From a bacterium (GTDB taxonomy: Bacteria > Planctomycetota > SZUA-567), in NCBI GenBank assembly GCA_003245715.1, contig QKCJ01000019.1:3119-67118 (forward strand): a DNA stretch of 64,000 nucleotides, in the 5' to 3' direction. The notes beneath the pieces are model-generated. The model had not been told where the DNA came from, did no database searches, and was given only the letters and a program-made list of their open reading frames with translations. Of this stretch, positions 50,669 through 59,162 are shown one piece after another. The position numbers were made by a program, and so were the translations under genes. How positions within the stretch are numbered: position 1 is the stretch's first letter; each line of letters opens with the position of its first letter.

Positions 50669-51439
50669 TTATGCCTCAAACTCAAATTTCAAACCATCAT
50701 ACGCCGGCGCAATCCTCGCAGGCAGGGTCTGAACCAGCTCGGCATAAAGCGAATCGTGGCTGATATGGGTGAGCCAGGTCTGGCTGGCATTGATACGTTT
50801 AGCCGCTGTCACCGCCTGGTCGATACTGAAATGCGTGGCGTGTTCTTTCGGACGCAGTCCGTCAATGACCAGATAATTTATCCCTTCAAGCAGATCGAAA
50901 GTCGTCTCCGGGATAAATGAAACATCACAGATATAGGCAAGATCACCAATGCGAAAACCGTAAATATCCATCACTCCGTGCTTGACCGGAAGGGGGATAA
51001 TGCAAACACCCTCATAATTAAATTCCGAGTCAACAGGATTAAGCTTGATACGGGGCAGACCGCCGCCGATCTGCGTGGCCTCCCAGATATAATTGAAATG
51101 CCCGCGCACCCAGTCAAGCGTCTCTTTACTGCCATAAACCGGAATCGGCTCAGGCTGTTTAAAGCAAAACGGCCGCACATCATCAAGCCCCATCACATGG
51201 TCAGCGTGATTATGCGTAAGCAGCACTGCGTCTATCCGCTGCAGACCCGAGCGCAACGACTGTATGCGCAAATCTGTTGTAGTGTCAATTATGATTTCAA
51301 GGCCATTAATCGTCAGGCGTGCGCTTGAACGAAAACGCTTGTCGCGCTCATCCCCAGACATGCACCCACGGCAGCTACAGCCAGGCATCGGCACTCCGAC
51401 ACTCGTTCCACTGCCCAGGATCTCGCATACGCCCTTCAT
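50669..51439 (-). CDS. MBL-fold metallo-hydrolase (PhnP/GPMBL-like)
   Basis: 256 aa. The HxHxDH motif is present (LLTHNHADHVMGLDD). Confidence 0.8.
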   Translation of the reverse strand: MKGVCEILGSGTSVGVPMPGCSCRGCMSGDERDKRFRSSARLTINGLEIIIDTTTDLRIQSLRSGLQRIDAVLLTHNHADHVMGLDDVRPFCFKQPEPIPVYGSKETLDWVRGHFNYIWEATQIGGGLPRIKLNPVDSEFNYEGVCIIPLPVKHGVMDIYGFRIGDLAYICDVSFIPETTFDLLEGINYLVIDGLRPKEHATHFSIDQAVTAAKRINASQTWLTHISHDSLYAELVQTLPARIAPAYDGLKFEFEA

Positions 51440-51484
51440 ATTTTCCGCTTTTTGTATATATTATGGCTTGGTAATTATGATGCT

Positions 51485-52657
51485 CTAAATTATAACCAGA
51501 TTATCACGGTGAATCAGTGTCTCGCAGCATTCCGCGCCTAATAATTCAGCCAGCTCAGAAGTGTTTTTACCCATAATTTTTACCGCTTCAGAAGATGAGA
51601 AATTAACCAGACCCCGCGCGATCTCCTGACCGGACAGGCTGTAAACCGCCACCGTATCACCCTCGCAGAAATCACCGCGCACTTCCTTGAGGCCAATGGG
51701 GAGCAGGCTCTTCTTACCTTCGGTTATCGCTTTCTTCGCGCCATCATCAACAACGATATCACCCGCCGGAGTACGGCCAAAAGCAATCCACTGCATACGC
51801 GCCTTGGCTCTCTTCTGGCGCGGGGCAAAGAACGTTCCGATCTCCTCGCCGTTAAGCACTTCAGCGATCACCCCTTCGTGCTTGCCGTCGGCAACCACCA
51901 GCGGCGTAGCGCCGATAACCGCACCCAGAGCCGCCCCAAGCTTGGTACTCATCCCGCCCGTACCAACCCCGCTGACAGAACCTGTCGCTCCGGCAAAATG
52001 TTCCTGCTCAAGATTATGGACATAATTAATCAGCTCCGCGCCCTCTTCACTTGGCGGACGGTCATAAAGACCGGGAACGTCAGACAGGATAATTATCGCG
52101 TCAGCGTCAATAAGCTGCGCAACGGCAACAGAAAGCGCGTCATTATCACCCATTTTCAGCTTCAACTCTTCGACCGCGACCGTATCATTTTCATTGACGA
52201 CCGGTAACGTTCCAAAACGCAACAACTCACGCATTGTGTTACGGGCATGCAGAAAGCGCGCGCGGTTATTGAGATCATCACTGGTAAGCAGAACCTGACC
52301 GGCGTGGATATTATATTTGAGGAAGTTCTCACGGTAAATGCGCATCAGTGCGCACTGGCCGACTGCGGCAGCCGCCTGCAGCTGTGGCAGAAGGGTAGGA
52401 CGTTTGGACAAGCCAAGCTCCGCACATCCGGCAGCTACGGCGCCCGATGAAACGAGAACCATCTCCCGCCCCTGCGCGATCTGCGCCGCCAACGCAGCGC
52501 TCAGCCGCTCAAGAAACGGGGTGTCAATTCCCCCGCTTAAACTGGCCAGCAGACTTGAGCCGACCTTGACGACTACGCGCCTGGTATCTTTAAGAATAGC
52601 TCTTGATATTTGACTCACCTGAATTCCTTCTGTACACGGTATTTTTCTTGACTGCAA
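51485..52657 (-). CDS. proB: Glutamate 5-kinase with a C-terminal PUA domain
   Basis: 390 aa. VVVKVGSSLL..., VVNENDTVA and a C-terminal PUA-like region (LLPIGLKEVRGDFCEGDTVAV). Start uncertain: the ATG 52657 ORF overlaps the upstream gene by 68 nt, and an in-frame GTG near 52618 is an alternative. Confidence 0.9.
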   Translation of the reverse strand: MQSRKIPCTEGIQVSQISRAILKDTRRVVVKVGSSLLASLSGGIDTPFLERLSAALAAQIAQGREMVLVSSGAVAAGCAELGLSKRPTLLPQLQAAAAVGQCALMRIYRENFLKYNIHAGQVLLTSDDLNNRARFLHARNTMRELLRFGTLPVVNENDTVAVEELKLKMGDNDALSVAVAQLIDADAIIILSDVPGLYDRPPSEEGAELINYVHNLEQEHFAGATGSVSGVGTGGMSTKLGAALGAVIGATPLVVADGKHEGVIAEVLNGEEIGTFFAPRQKRAKARMQWIAFGRTPAGDIVVDDGAKKAITEGKKSLLPIGLKEVRGDFCEGDTVAVYSLSGQEIARGLVNFSSSEAVKIMGKNTSELAELLGAECCETLIHRDNLVII

Positions 52658-52925
52658 TCATAGTAATAATCCAGCCGACTACAATACCCCAGACCACACA
52701 GGTGAAGGTATTTACCGCTAAAAGTTCCTCGGGTTGGATCTTTCTCTCAGGCATGAGATTGCTGCCCCAAAAATAAAGACTGAACGCCATCTTCATAAGC
52801 GAAGGCTCTTCAACCGGTATCGGAAAATACTCGCCAAGAAACATCGCCGGCCCCGCGTATCCGACTATCAATGCCATCAGCACACAAACCGTGAATATAT
52901 AAACTTTTGCCGTTTTTGCGTTCAT
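52590..52925 (-). CDS. Hypothetical small membrane protein (about 3 TM segments)
   Basis: 111 aa. Hydrophobic segments VYIFTVCVLMALIVGYAGPAMFL and TFTCVVWGIVVGWIITMIAV. The only evidence is the ORF, its hydrophobicity and co-orientation. Confidence 0.45.
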   Translation of the reverse strand: MNAKTAKVYIFTVCVLMALIVGYAGPAMFLGEYFPIPVEEPSLMKMAFSLYFWGSNLMPERKIQPEELLAVNTFTCVVWGIVVGWIITMIAVKKNTVYRRNSGESNIKSYS

Positions 52926-52993
52926 TAATCCTACCTTGATTTACTGAAAAATCCGTCTGTTACCATTATTAACCCAGAATCCCCAAAAACTCT

Positions 52994-54304
52994 TTATCGG
53001 TCAATATTGGCGTCAACTTCAGTCGGTTTCTTGGGTTTTTCAGCCCCGCCACCGGCGTTTTTCTTTTCTTCAACCGCAGCAGGTTTTCCACCCTCGGGGT
53101 ATTTCTGCATAAACGGCAGCGTCGGCAGCAGAATCCCGCCAAGCCAGACAGCAATCGCAATAAAAACCACCGCCAGACCGAGCTTGGTAAGCCATACTTT
53201 CTTGCGCATGGTGTTACCGATCTGCTCACTGGTCATCCCGAAGAAGACCGCGATAAAGACCGCCATCAGCGGAATGATAAACATGATATTATAAAGAACC
53301 AGCAGCATATAGCCCTTGCTGGCACTTCCCTCATCGCTTACAATAACGGTGATAATCGGCAGATAGGTCTGACCCGTACAGGCGGCCTCTAAAAACGAAA
53401 TGATAACACCGCTGACAAAGGCGCCGATAATCAGCGATCCGCTGTGGGCTGTTGCACGCAGACGTTTGCGGATGCGGTCCTTGAATTTATCAGGCAGAAC
53501 CAGCAGCATCTTGTCCTTGCCATCACTGCGCCACGCCCGCCAAGCATCGACCAGCGACAAAATACCCGCCACCGCCACAATCGCCAGCGAAAGCCACTTT
53601 ATCGCCAAACCGACAAAAGCAAAACTCTCCGATGCGTCAAAGATCTTCATGACCTCGAAAAACGCCACACCGATCACGAAATACGCAATATACACCGCAA
53701 CGATAAACGAAACACCGACCGCCAGAATCGTCTTGCGCCCGCGCCCGACAGAACTGAGCATCGAAACAAACAAAATAACCGTCGCAAAAGCACAAGGGTT
53801 GAAACCATCAAAGAAACCCATACTCAGAACCGCCCAGAGCGTGGTGCGCTTGGCGGCAATATCATTCACCTCGGACTTGCTGAATTTCCCGAACTGCGCA
53901 AAGTCCGGCGTCTTTTTGCCCTCAGCAATCATCTTAGCAACTGTCTCGTCAAGCTTTTCGTTAATTACATCACCCCCGCCCAGACAGACATCACCGACAA
54001 AAATCACGAGATTGGGCGTATCTTTGCGCTTGTAATGCTCCAGCGCCATGACAAAGCCCTGATAGGTTTTTTCACCGGCAGCCAGATCATGCCGATTGAT
54101 CTGCAGGAGCGGACCGTACTTCTTCTCGACGCCAGCAACCACCTGCTTGGTCGGTTCACAGAGCGGACAACCCGGCGTAAAGAAAAAATGCGCCTGCAAA
54201 ACCTCATCAGCCGCCCTTGCCGCCGGAACATTGGCAACAACCGAGAGCAAACCTGCCAGCAGCAAAAATGCGATAAACCTGATTCTGGTATTTCCCCGTA
54301 ACAT
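52994..54304 (-). CDS. Thiol-disulfide membrane protein: thioredoxin-like CxxC domain fused to a CcdA/DsbD-type transmembrane domain
   Basis: Signal/anchor MLRGNTRIRFIAFLLLAGLLSVVANVPAARA (ATG 54304; the track ORF extends to 54364). Thioredoxin-like FFFTPGCPLCEP. TM core with the conserved Cys contexts FNPCAFATV and LEAACTGQ. Confidence 0.8.
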   Translation of the reverse strand: MLRGNTRIRFIAFLLLAGLLSVVANVPAARAADEVLQAHFFFTPGCPLCEPTKQVVAGVEKKYGPLLQINRHDLAAGEKTYQGFVMALEHYKRKDTPNLVIFVGDVCLGGGDVINEKLDETVAKMIAEGKKTPDFAQFGKFSKSEVNDIAAKRTTLWAVLSMGFFDGFNPCAFATVILFVSMLSSVGRGRKTILAVGVSFIVAVYIAYFVIGVAFFEVMKIFDASESFAFVGLAIKWLSLAIVAVAGILSLVDAWRAWRSDGKDKMLLVLPDKFKDRIRKRLRATAHSGSLIIGAFVSGVIISFLEAACTGQTYLPIITVIVSDEGSASKGYMLLVLYNIMFIIPLMAVFIAVFFGMTSEQIGNTMRKKVWLTKLGLAVVFIAIAVWLGGILLPTLPFMQKYPEGGKPAAVEEKKNAGGGAEKPKKPTEVDANIDR

Positions 54305-54631
54305 TTTCCCCTCCAAAAAATCCTTCCCGGTCAGGCAAAAGCGGCCACCTGAAAAAAACAGCACACTTTACCTCAGCACAAGAAACAGATGAATGGTTTA
54401 ATCTCTGTAAGCTCAAACTTTGGCCAATAACAGGACCAGCGCACACCGGCACAGCCAGACGCAGTTTTTTGTCATTAAATCCGGATTTTCCTGCAAATAA
54501 ACCGGAAATAATACTCCCACCCCAAACAGGACCCCATCCAGTCACCAGACAAAAAACCGGAGCAGATTATCTCCGCTCCGGCAATTATGCTTGTATGCAG
54601 CATTAATGCAATTAATTATTTGCACCAATTA

Positions 54632-55387
54632 CTATTTTGTTGCGCATGGGTCGCAAGGTGTCGGGCATGGAGCTGGTACTTCAACCTTCTTGGTTACACA
54701 CTTTACAACTTCTTTGTACTGGGTTTCGCAGACCTTTTCTTCTACCTTCTTGGTAACAATCACAGGTTCGCAGACCTTTACAGTGCGCATTTCTTCAAAT
54801 TCCTTGCAGACAGCAACCTTCATCTTGTTAACCATCGGCTCCCACTTGCAGACCTTGCGGGTCTTCTTTACAGGAACTGTCTCTTCAACACACTTCTTGA
54901 CAGTGTAAGGAACTTCTTCCTTTACTGTGTCGTAAGTTGTGCACTGAATCTTTTCCTTAACCTGAACAGTAACCTTCTTTGGCTTGCCGCATGGGTCGCA
55001 AGGATTTTCAACTTCCTTCTCAACACACTTTACGACTTCCTTCTCGACAGTCTTTGGAACCTGCTTGCAGACAGTCTTGGTCTTCTTTTCTTCAACGATC
55101 TTCTTGTGGATTTCGTTTACTGTGTACTCTTCGTCGACCATAACCTTCTTCTGGCCCTTGAATTCCTTCTCTTCCCAGACAGTCTTGTATACCTTCACAG
55201 GAACCTGCTTCTCAACAGTCTTGTATTCCTTGACCTGCACTTCCTTTTCAACTGTCTTCCATACCTTTACCGGAACCATTTCCTTGACCTGGACTGTAAC
55301 TTCTTCATACTTCTTGCCACAACCGGCGTATACGCCACTTGCTGAAAGCGCAACCATCAGTGCTGATGCTATTAACTTTTTCATCAT
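54632..55387 (-). CDS. Cys-rich Lys/Glu/Val repeat lipoprotein, YTV-repeat-like
   Basis: Signal MMKKLIASALMVALSASGVYAGC. GGAGGA RBS. Repeats include VPVKVWKTVEKEVQV, KEYKTVEKQVPVKVYKTV, EEYTVNE and VPYTVKKCVEETVPV. 15 Cys, including PCDPCG and PCPTPCDPC. A 252-aa antisense ORF is rejected. Confidence 0.8.
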   Translation of the reverse strand: MMKKLIASALMVALSASGVYAGCGKKYEEVTVQVKEMVPVKVWKTVEKEVQVKEYKTVEKQVPVKVYKTVWEEKEFKGQKKVMVDEEYTVNEIHKKIVEEKKTKTVCKQVPKTVEKEVVKCVEKEVENPCDPCGKPKKVTVQVKEKIQCTTYDTVKEEVPYTVKKCVEETVPVKKTRKVCKWEPMVNKMKVAVCKEFEEMRTVKVCEPVIVTKKVEEKVCETQYKEVVKCVTKKVEVPAPCPTPCDPCATK

Positions 55388-55584
55388 CCATCCTCCATGT
55401 TCAAATAAACTTGATACAATAGTTTTCCAACTATTACCCCCTTTAGGTTAAATACAGTTTAACACTTTTCAAAATTTTTTAACACCAAAAAAAATCTTTT
55501 CAACCCAACTTTATCCAGAAAGAACAAATACTCTGAAAGGACTCCAGCCCTAACCCGTAAATTACTTCTGGCGGGATTTTTTTT

Positions 55585-55613
55585 ATTTCATAACCGCACT
55601 TTAGGGTTATAAT
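55585..55613 (+). promoter_or_regulatory. Candidate promoter with a perfect TATAAT -10 box
   Basis: TATAAT at 55608-55613. There is a weak -35 (ATTTCA) 17 nt upstream. It is oriented towards the gene at 55725. Confidence 0.4.
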
Positions 55614-55614
55614 A

Positions 55615-55642
55615 ATGTTATCGTTGCAATGTTATCGTTGCA
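55615..55642 (+). repeat. Perfect tandem duplication of a 14-mer (atgttatcgttgca x2) starting 2 nt after the -10 box
   Basis: Read directly: 55615-55628 equals 55629-55642. It is followed by gttaacaacat, which is partly complementary to the repeat start. Confidence 0.9.
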
Positions 55643-55724
55643 GTTAACAACATTAACCGGGAATTCCGTCTGATTACTGCCGCAGCAATCTTACTTTTCA
55701 CTGACGGCAGGGGACTTTTTAACG

Positions 55725-56714
55725 ATGTTCAGATGCACTGAAAAATCACAATCAGGGTTATGCCCCGCACTGCTCAGAGTTCTCTGGACTCTGAGGTTTT
55801 TCACTGCCATATCTTTTCTGCTGCTCTTTAACCATGCCGCACTCGCCGAGGACACCTCTGATACCGGCAACCCTGACCTGATCCATAAAAACTGGGAAGA
55901 TACCGATTCAGCCAAACTCCTCTCCTGGTCGCAGGTAAATGTTCCAAAAGACAAAAAAACTCTCCGCCTCCAGCTTGGACCGGAATTTCAGGTTGTCCGC
56001 CGCGGAGAATTCCTGATCGCCTCAGACCTCGACAGCAAGCGCTTTGATTATCTGATTAACGGCGTCTTTGCCTGCTGCCGCGAAATTATGGGGCGTGAAT
56101 TTTTTAAACGCAAACCAACCAAAGTCGTCACGGTTTACATCTTTAAAGACCGCAACAGCTACACCAATGGACTCAAGAAAAATTTCGGCATGGACCCTAT
56201 CAGTCCCTACGGGCATTATGGCCATAAAAAACGTTATATCGTCGTCAATTACTCAACCGGCCCAGGAACACTGGTGCATGAGATGACCCACGCGCTGATG
56301 GCGGAGGACTTCCCGGTAGCACCAATCTGGATCTCGGAAGGGATGGCGAGCCTTTATGAGCAATGCCGGGTTGAGAATGACTCTATCCGCGGCGAGCAGA
56401 ACTGGCGCCTGCCGGAACTTAAAAAAACAATTGCACAAAACGGCCATACCCCGCTGCCTGAACTGTTTGCCAGCAATACCAAGGTTTTCCGCATGATGCG
56501 CGAGAGCCTTAATTATGCCCAGAGCCGTTATTTCTGCCTCTATCTTGAGGAACAAGGGTTGTTACGCAAACTCTACGCGAGATTCCGCGACACCGCCAAG
56601 ACTGACCCTACCGGCGTCAAGGCAATCGAATACGTCTGCGGAAAAGACATCACAACCGTCGAGCGTGAATGGCGTGAGTGGGTTCTGAAGCAAAAATGGG
56701 TCAAACCAAAATGA
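55725..56714 (+). CDS. Secreted HExxH protein (putative zinc metallopeptidase-like; DUF1570-like)
   Basis: 329 aa. Signal-like N-terminus (LRFFTAISFLLLFNHAALA). The motif HEMTHALMAEDF is followed by EGMASLYE. Confidence 0.55.
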   Translation: MFRCTEKSQSGLCPALLRVLWTLRFFTAISFLLLFNHAALAEDTSDTGNPDLIHKNWEDTDSAKLLSWSQVNVPKDKKTLRLQLGPEFQVVRRGEFLIASDLDSKRFDYLINGVFACCREIMGREFFKRKPTKVVTVYIFKDRNSYTNGLKKNFGMDPISPYGHYGHKKRYIVVNYSTGPGTLVHEMTHALMAEDFPVAPIWISEGMASLYEQCRVENDSIRGEQNWRLPELKKTIAQNGHTPLPELFASNTKVFRMMRESLNYAQSRYFCLYLEEQGLLRKLYARFRDTAKTDPTGVKAIEYVCGKDITTVEREWREWVLKQKWVKPK

Positions 56715-57268
56715 ATATTTCCCGCCGTCTTGACGAAATCATCAGTGAAATACAAACAGTCTTCAAAGGTGTCAGCGACGAGCAATTCTCTGCCGCCTGC
56801 AGCGCAATTATTGATGCCAAACGGATTTTTATCACCGGACTCGGCCGTAGCGGCCTGATTGCCAGAATGTTTGGTATGCGCCTGATGCAAGCCGGGCTTT
56901 CAGTCCACATTGTCGGCGATTGCACTACACCCTCCATACAGGAAAATGACCTGCTTATCGCTCTCTCGGGAAGTGGCAATACAAGCGGTATAACAAATAT
57001 TACACAAATTGCTCAAAAAAAACGTGCCAAAATATTTGGAATTTCATATAATCGTGAAAGTGAATTATTTTGTCTGGCAGACACGGCTTTGCTTTTACCG
57101 GCTCCTATAGACCAGAACCGTCCCGGAAAGGTCGGCGGTTCGCAGGTGCTTGGTACATTATTCGACCAATCCCTTCAACTATGCACGACGCTGATAGTTG
57201 AGGAAATAATGCAGCGATTGGGCGTTGATGACACAACCATGCAAGCCAACCATGCCAATCTCGAATAG
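56711..57268 (+). CDS. hxlB: 6-phospho-3-hexuloisomerase (SIS domain)
   Basis: MNISRRLDEIISEI...RIFITGLGRSGLIARMFGMRLMQAGLSVHIVGDCTTPSI...DLLIALSGSGNT is the PHI/SIS pattern. ATG 56711 overlaps the upstream stop (ATGA). The track ORF starts 33 nt earlier. Confidence 0.8.
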   Translation: MNISRRLDEIISEIQTVFKGVSDEQFSAACSAIIDAKRIFITGLGRSGLIARMFGMRLMQAGLSVHIVGDCTTPSIQENDLLIALSGSGNTSGITNITQIAQKKRAKIFGISYNRESELFCLADTALLLPAPIDQNRPGKVGGSQVLGTLFDQSLQLCTTLIVEEIMQRLGVDDTTMQANHANLE

Positions 57269-57270
57269 CA

Positions 57271-59157
57271 GTGACAATAATGGAGCGGGCAAAGTTGTAC
57301 AGCAATATAATTAAATACCTCATTACAAGCTTGATATTGCTTACGACTTCTTCTTTTTCAGCCGAAAGTTCGTGGTCGTCACCCGCCGGGGAAGATCAAA
57401 AAATCCTGCTTGAAAGTCAGGCAGAAATATCAAATGATGATTTTTACGACTTTGCCGGTAACAGCATTGAGTTTAATACCGGCCTGCTGTATTTCGCCCT
57501 TACCCTCGCATTAATCCTGCTGGTACTTTATATTTACAACTGGAAGAATGCAAAAAAAGAAAAACCGACAATCCTTCAGAGCATGTCTAACCTTAAAAGC
57601 ATTATGGATAATGTTGGTGAAGGCGTGATTATCACCGACCACCAGGGGATAATTGAAACCAGCAATACCTCCGCCCAGATAATCCTCGGCTATAAAATTG
57701 ATGAGTATGAAAACAGGCTGAATATCCGTGACCTGGTACGCATTTTCTGTAATGATGGCCGCATCCCGGTTGAGCCGCCGCTGACTCAGGCCTTCAAGCA
57801 AAAACATATAATCTGCAATGAAGAGCCGCACCAGCTGATGGTAACGCCCGCCGGAATTGAATATTTCATCAGCTATAAAGCTATTCCTCTAATGGATAAT
57901 AACGGCAAAATCACCCACGGTATCTTCATCTTCAAAGACCTCAATGATAAAATCGCCATCCACGACCAGCTCAAGCATTCACAGAAACTTGAATCCGTCG
58001 GACGTCTTGCAGGCGGGATCGCGCATGACTTCAACAATATGATCGGCGCGATTTCCGGAACCAGCGAAGTGATGATGCTACAGCTCTCTGAAGACGACAA
58101 GATGATGCGTTATCTGCGCCGTATTTTCGCAACCGCGCAGAAAGCCTCGGAACTGACCAACCGCCTTCTGGACTTTACCCGCAAAAGCTCAAGCAGCAGC
58201 AATACCAGCTTCAACCTCAGCCAGATAGTCGAGGAAGCTCTTGATATTATCGAGCGCAGCATGGACCCCAAGGTCGAGGTGATCGCAGACTTCAATGACA
58301 AGAACTGCCCCATGGTCGGCAACGCTTCAGCGATTGAAAATATGGTAATCAACCTCTGCCTCAACGCCAACGACGCGATGCCTGATGGCGGCAAGCTTTA
58401 TATCTCAATCAATAACCGTGATCTGGATGACGCGTGGTGTACGAAAAATGGCCCCGAGCTCATCCCCGGCAAATACGCGATACTGATTGTTCAGGACACC
58501 GGTATCGGTATCCCTTCAACGCGCATTAAAAATATCTTCGAGCCTTTTTATACTACCAAGGACATCGGCAAAGGCTCGGGCCTCGGACTGGCGGCAGTTT
58601 ACAGCACCGTCTCTGAGCATTCCGGAATCATTCAGGTCAGCAGCGAACCGGGCGAGGGCAGCGAATTCAGAATTTACTTCCCGCTCTCATGCTCGGTAAA
58701 AATCCAGGAAAGCGGCAAAAACAACCAGCAGAGCCAGAGCGCGGAATTGATGCAAAGTGATCTCGATCAGGCTTCAGGGATTATCCTGCTTGCCGATGAC
58801 GAGGAGTTTATGCGTGATGCGGGGCGGATGATGCTTGAGAGCCTCGGCTACGAAATCATGCTTGCGGAAAACGGTCAGAAGGCTGTTGAGATGTATGAAC
58901 GCAACTCTGACAAAATTGACATTGTAATCCTTGATATGGTCATGCCCAGAATGAATGGCCGGGAGGCGTTCAAGAAAATTATCAGCATTAATCCTGAAGC
59001 CAAAATAATCATCGCTTCAGGCTTCTCCCGCGAGGGCAAGATCAACAGCCTCTTCAATGAAGGTCTGCGCGCGTTTGTCAAAAAGCCTTACCGCCAGGCA
59101 GAGATCGCGCAAATCCTGCAGAATGTGCTGAGTGACATACCTATTGAGCAAGTCTGA
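57271..59157 (+). CDS. Hybrid sensor histidine kinase / response regulator with a PAS-like domain
   Basis: 628 aa. N-terminal signal/TM segments plus a second TM (LLYFALTLALILLVLYIY), a PAS-like region, the H-box GGIAHDFNNMIGAISG, the N/G boxes of HATPase (NLCLNANDAM, DTGIGI, GKGSGLGL) and a receiver domain (ILLADDEE...DIVILDMVMPRMNG). GTG 57271 or ATG 57280. Confidence 0.9.
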   Translation: MTIMERAKLYSNIIKYLITSLILLTTSSFSAESSWSSPAGEDQKILLESQAEISNDDFYDFAGNSIEFNTGLLYFALTLALILLVLYIYNWKNAKKEKPTILQSMSNLKSIMDNVGEGVIITDHQGIIETSNTSAQIILGYKIDEYENRLNIRDLVRIFCNDGRIPVEPPLTQAFKQKHIICNEEPHQLMVTPAGIEYFISYKAIPLMDNNGKITHGIFIFKDLNDKIAIHDQLKHSQKLESVGRLAGGIAHDFNNMIGAISGTSEVMMLQLSEDDKMMRYLRRIFATAQKASELTNRLLDFTRKSSSSSNTSFNLSQIVEEALDIIERSMDPKVEVIADFNDKNCPMVGNASAIENMVINLCLNANDAMPDGGKLYISINNRDLDDAWCTKNGPELIPGKYAILIVQDTGIGIPSTRIKNIFEPFYTTKDIGKGSGLGLAAVYSTVSEHSGIIQVSSEPGEGSEFRIYFPLSCSVKIQESGKNNQQSQSAELMQSDLDQASGIILLADDEEFMRDAGRMMLESLGYEIMLAENGQKAVEMYERNSDKIDIVILDMVMPRMNGREAFKKIISINPEAKIIIASGFSREGKINSLFNEGLRAFVKKPYRQAEIAQILQNVLSDIPIEQV

Positions 59158-59162
59158 TCTTA

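Noticed and set aside
52590-52657. 68-nt overlap between the small membrane-protein ORF and proB as a sign of frameshift or pseudogene
   Set aside because: Both frames are intact and the proB core motifs begin after the overlap. An alternative GTG start near 52618 shortens the overlap. There is no evidence of disruption.
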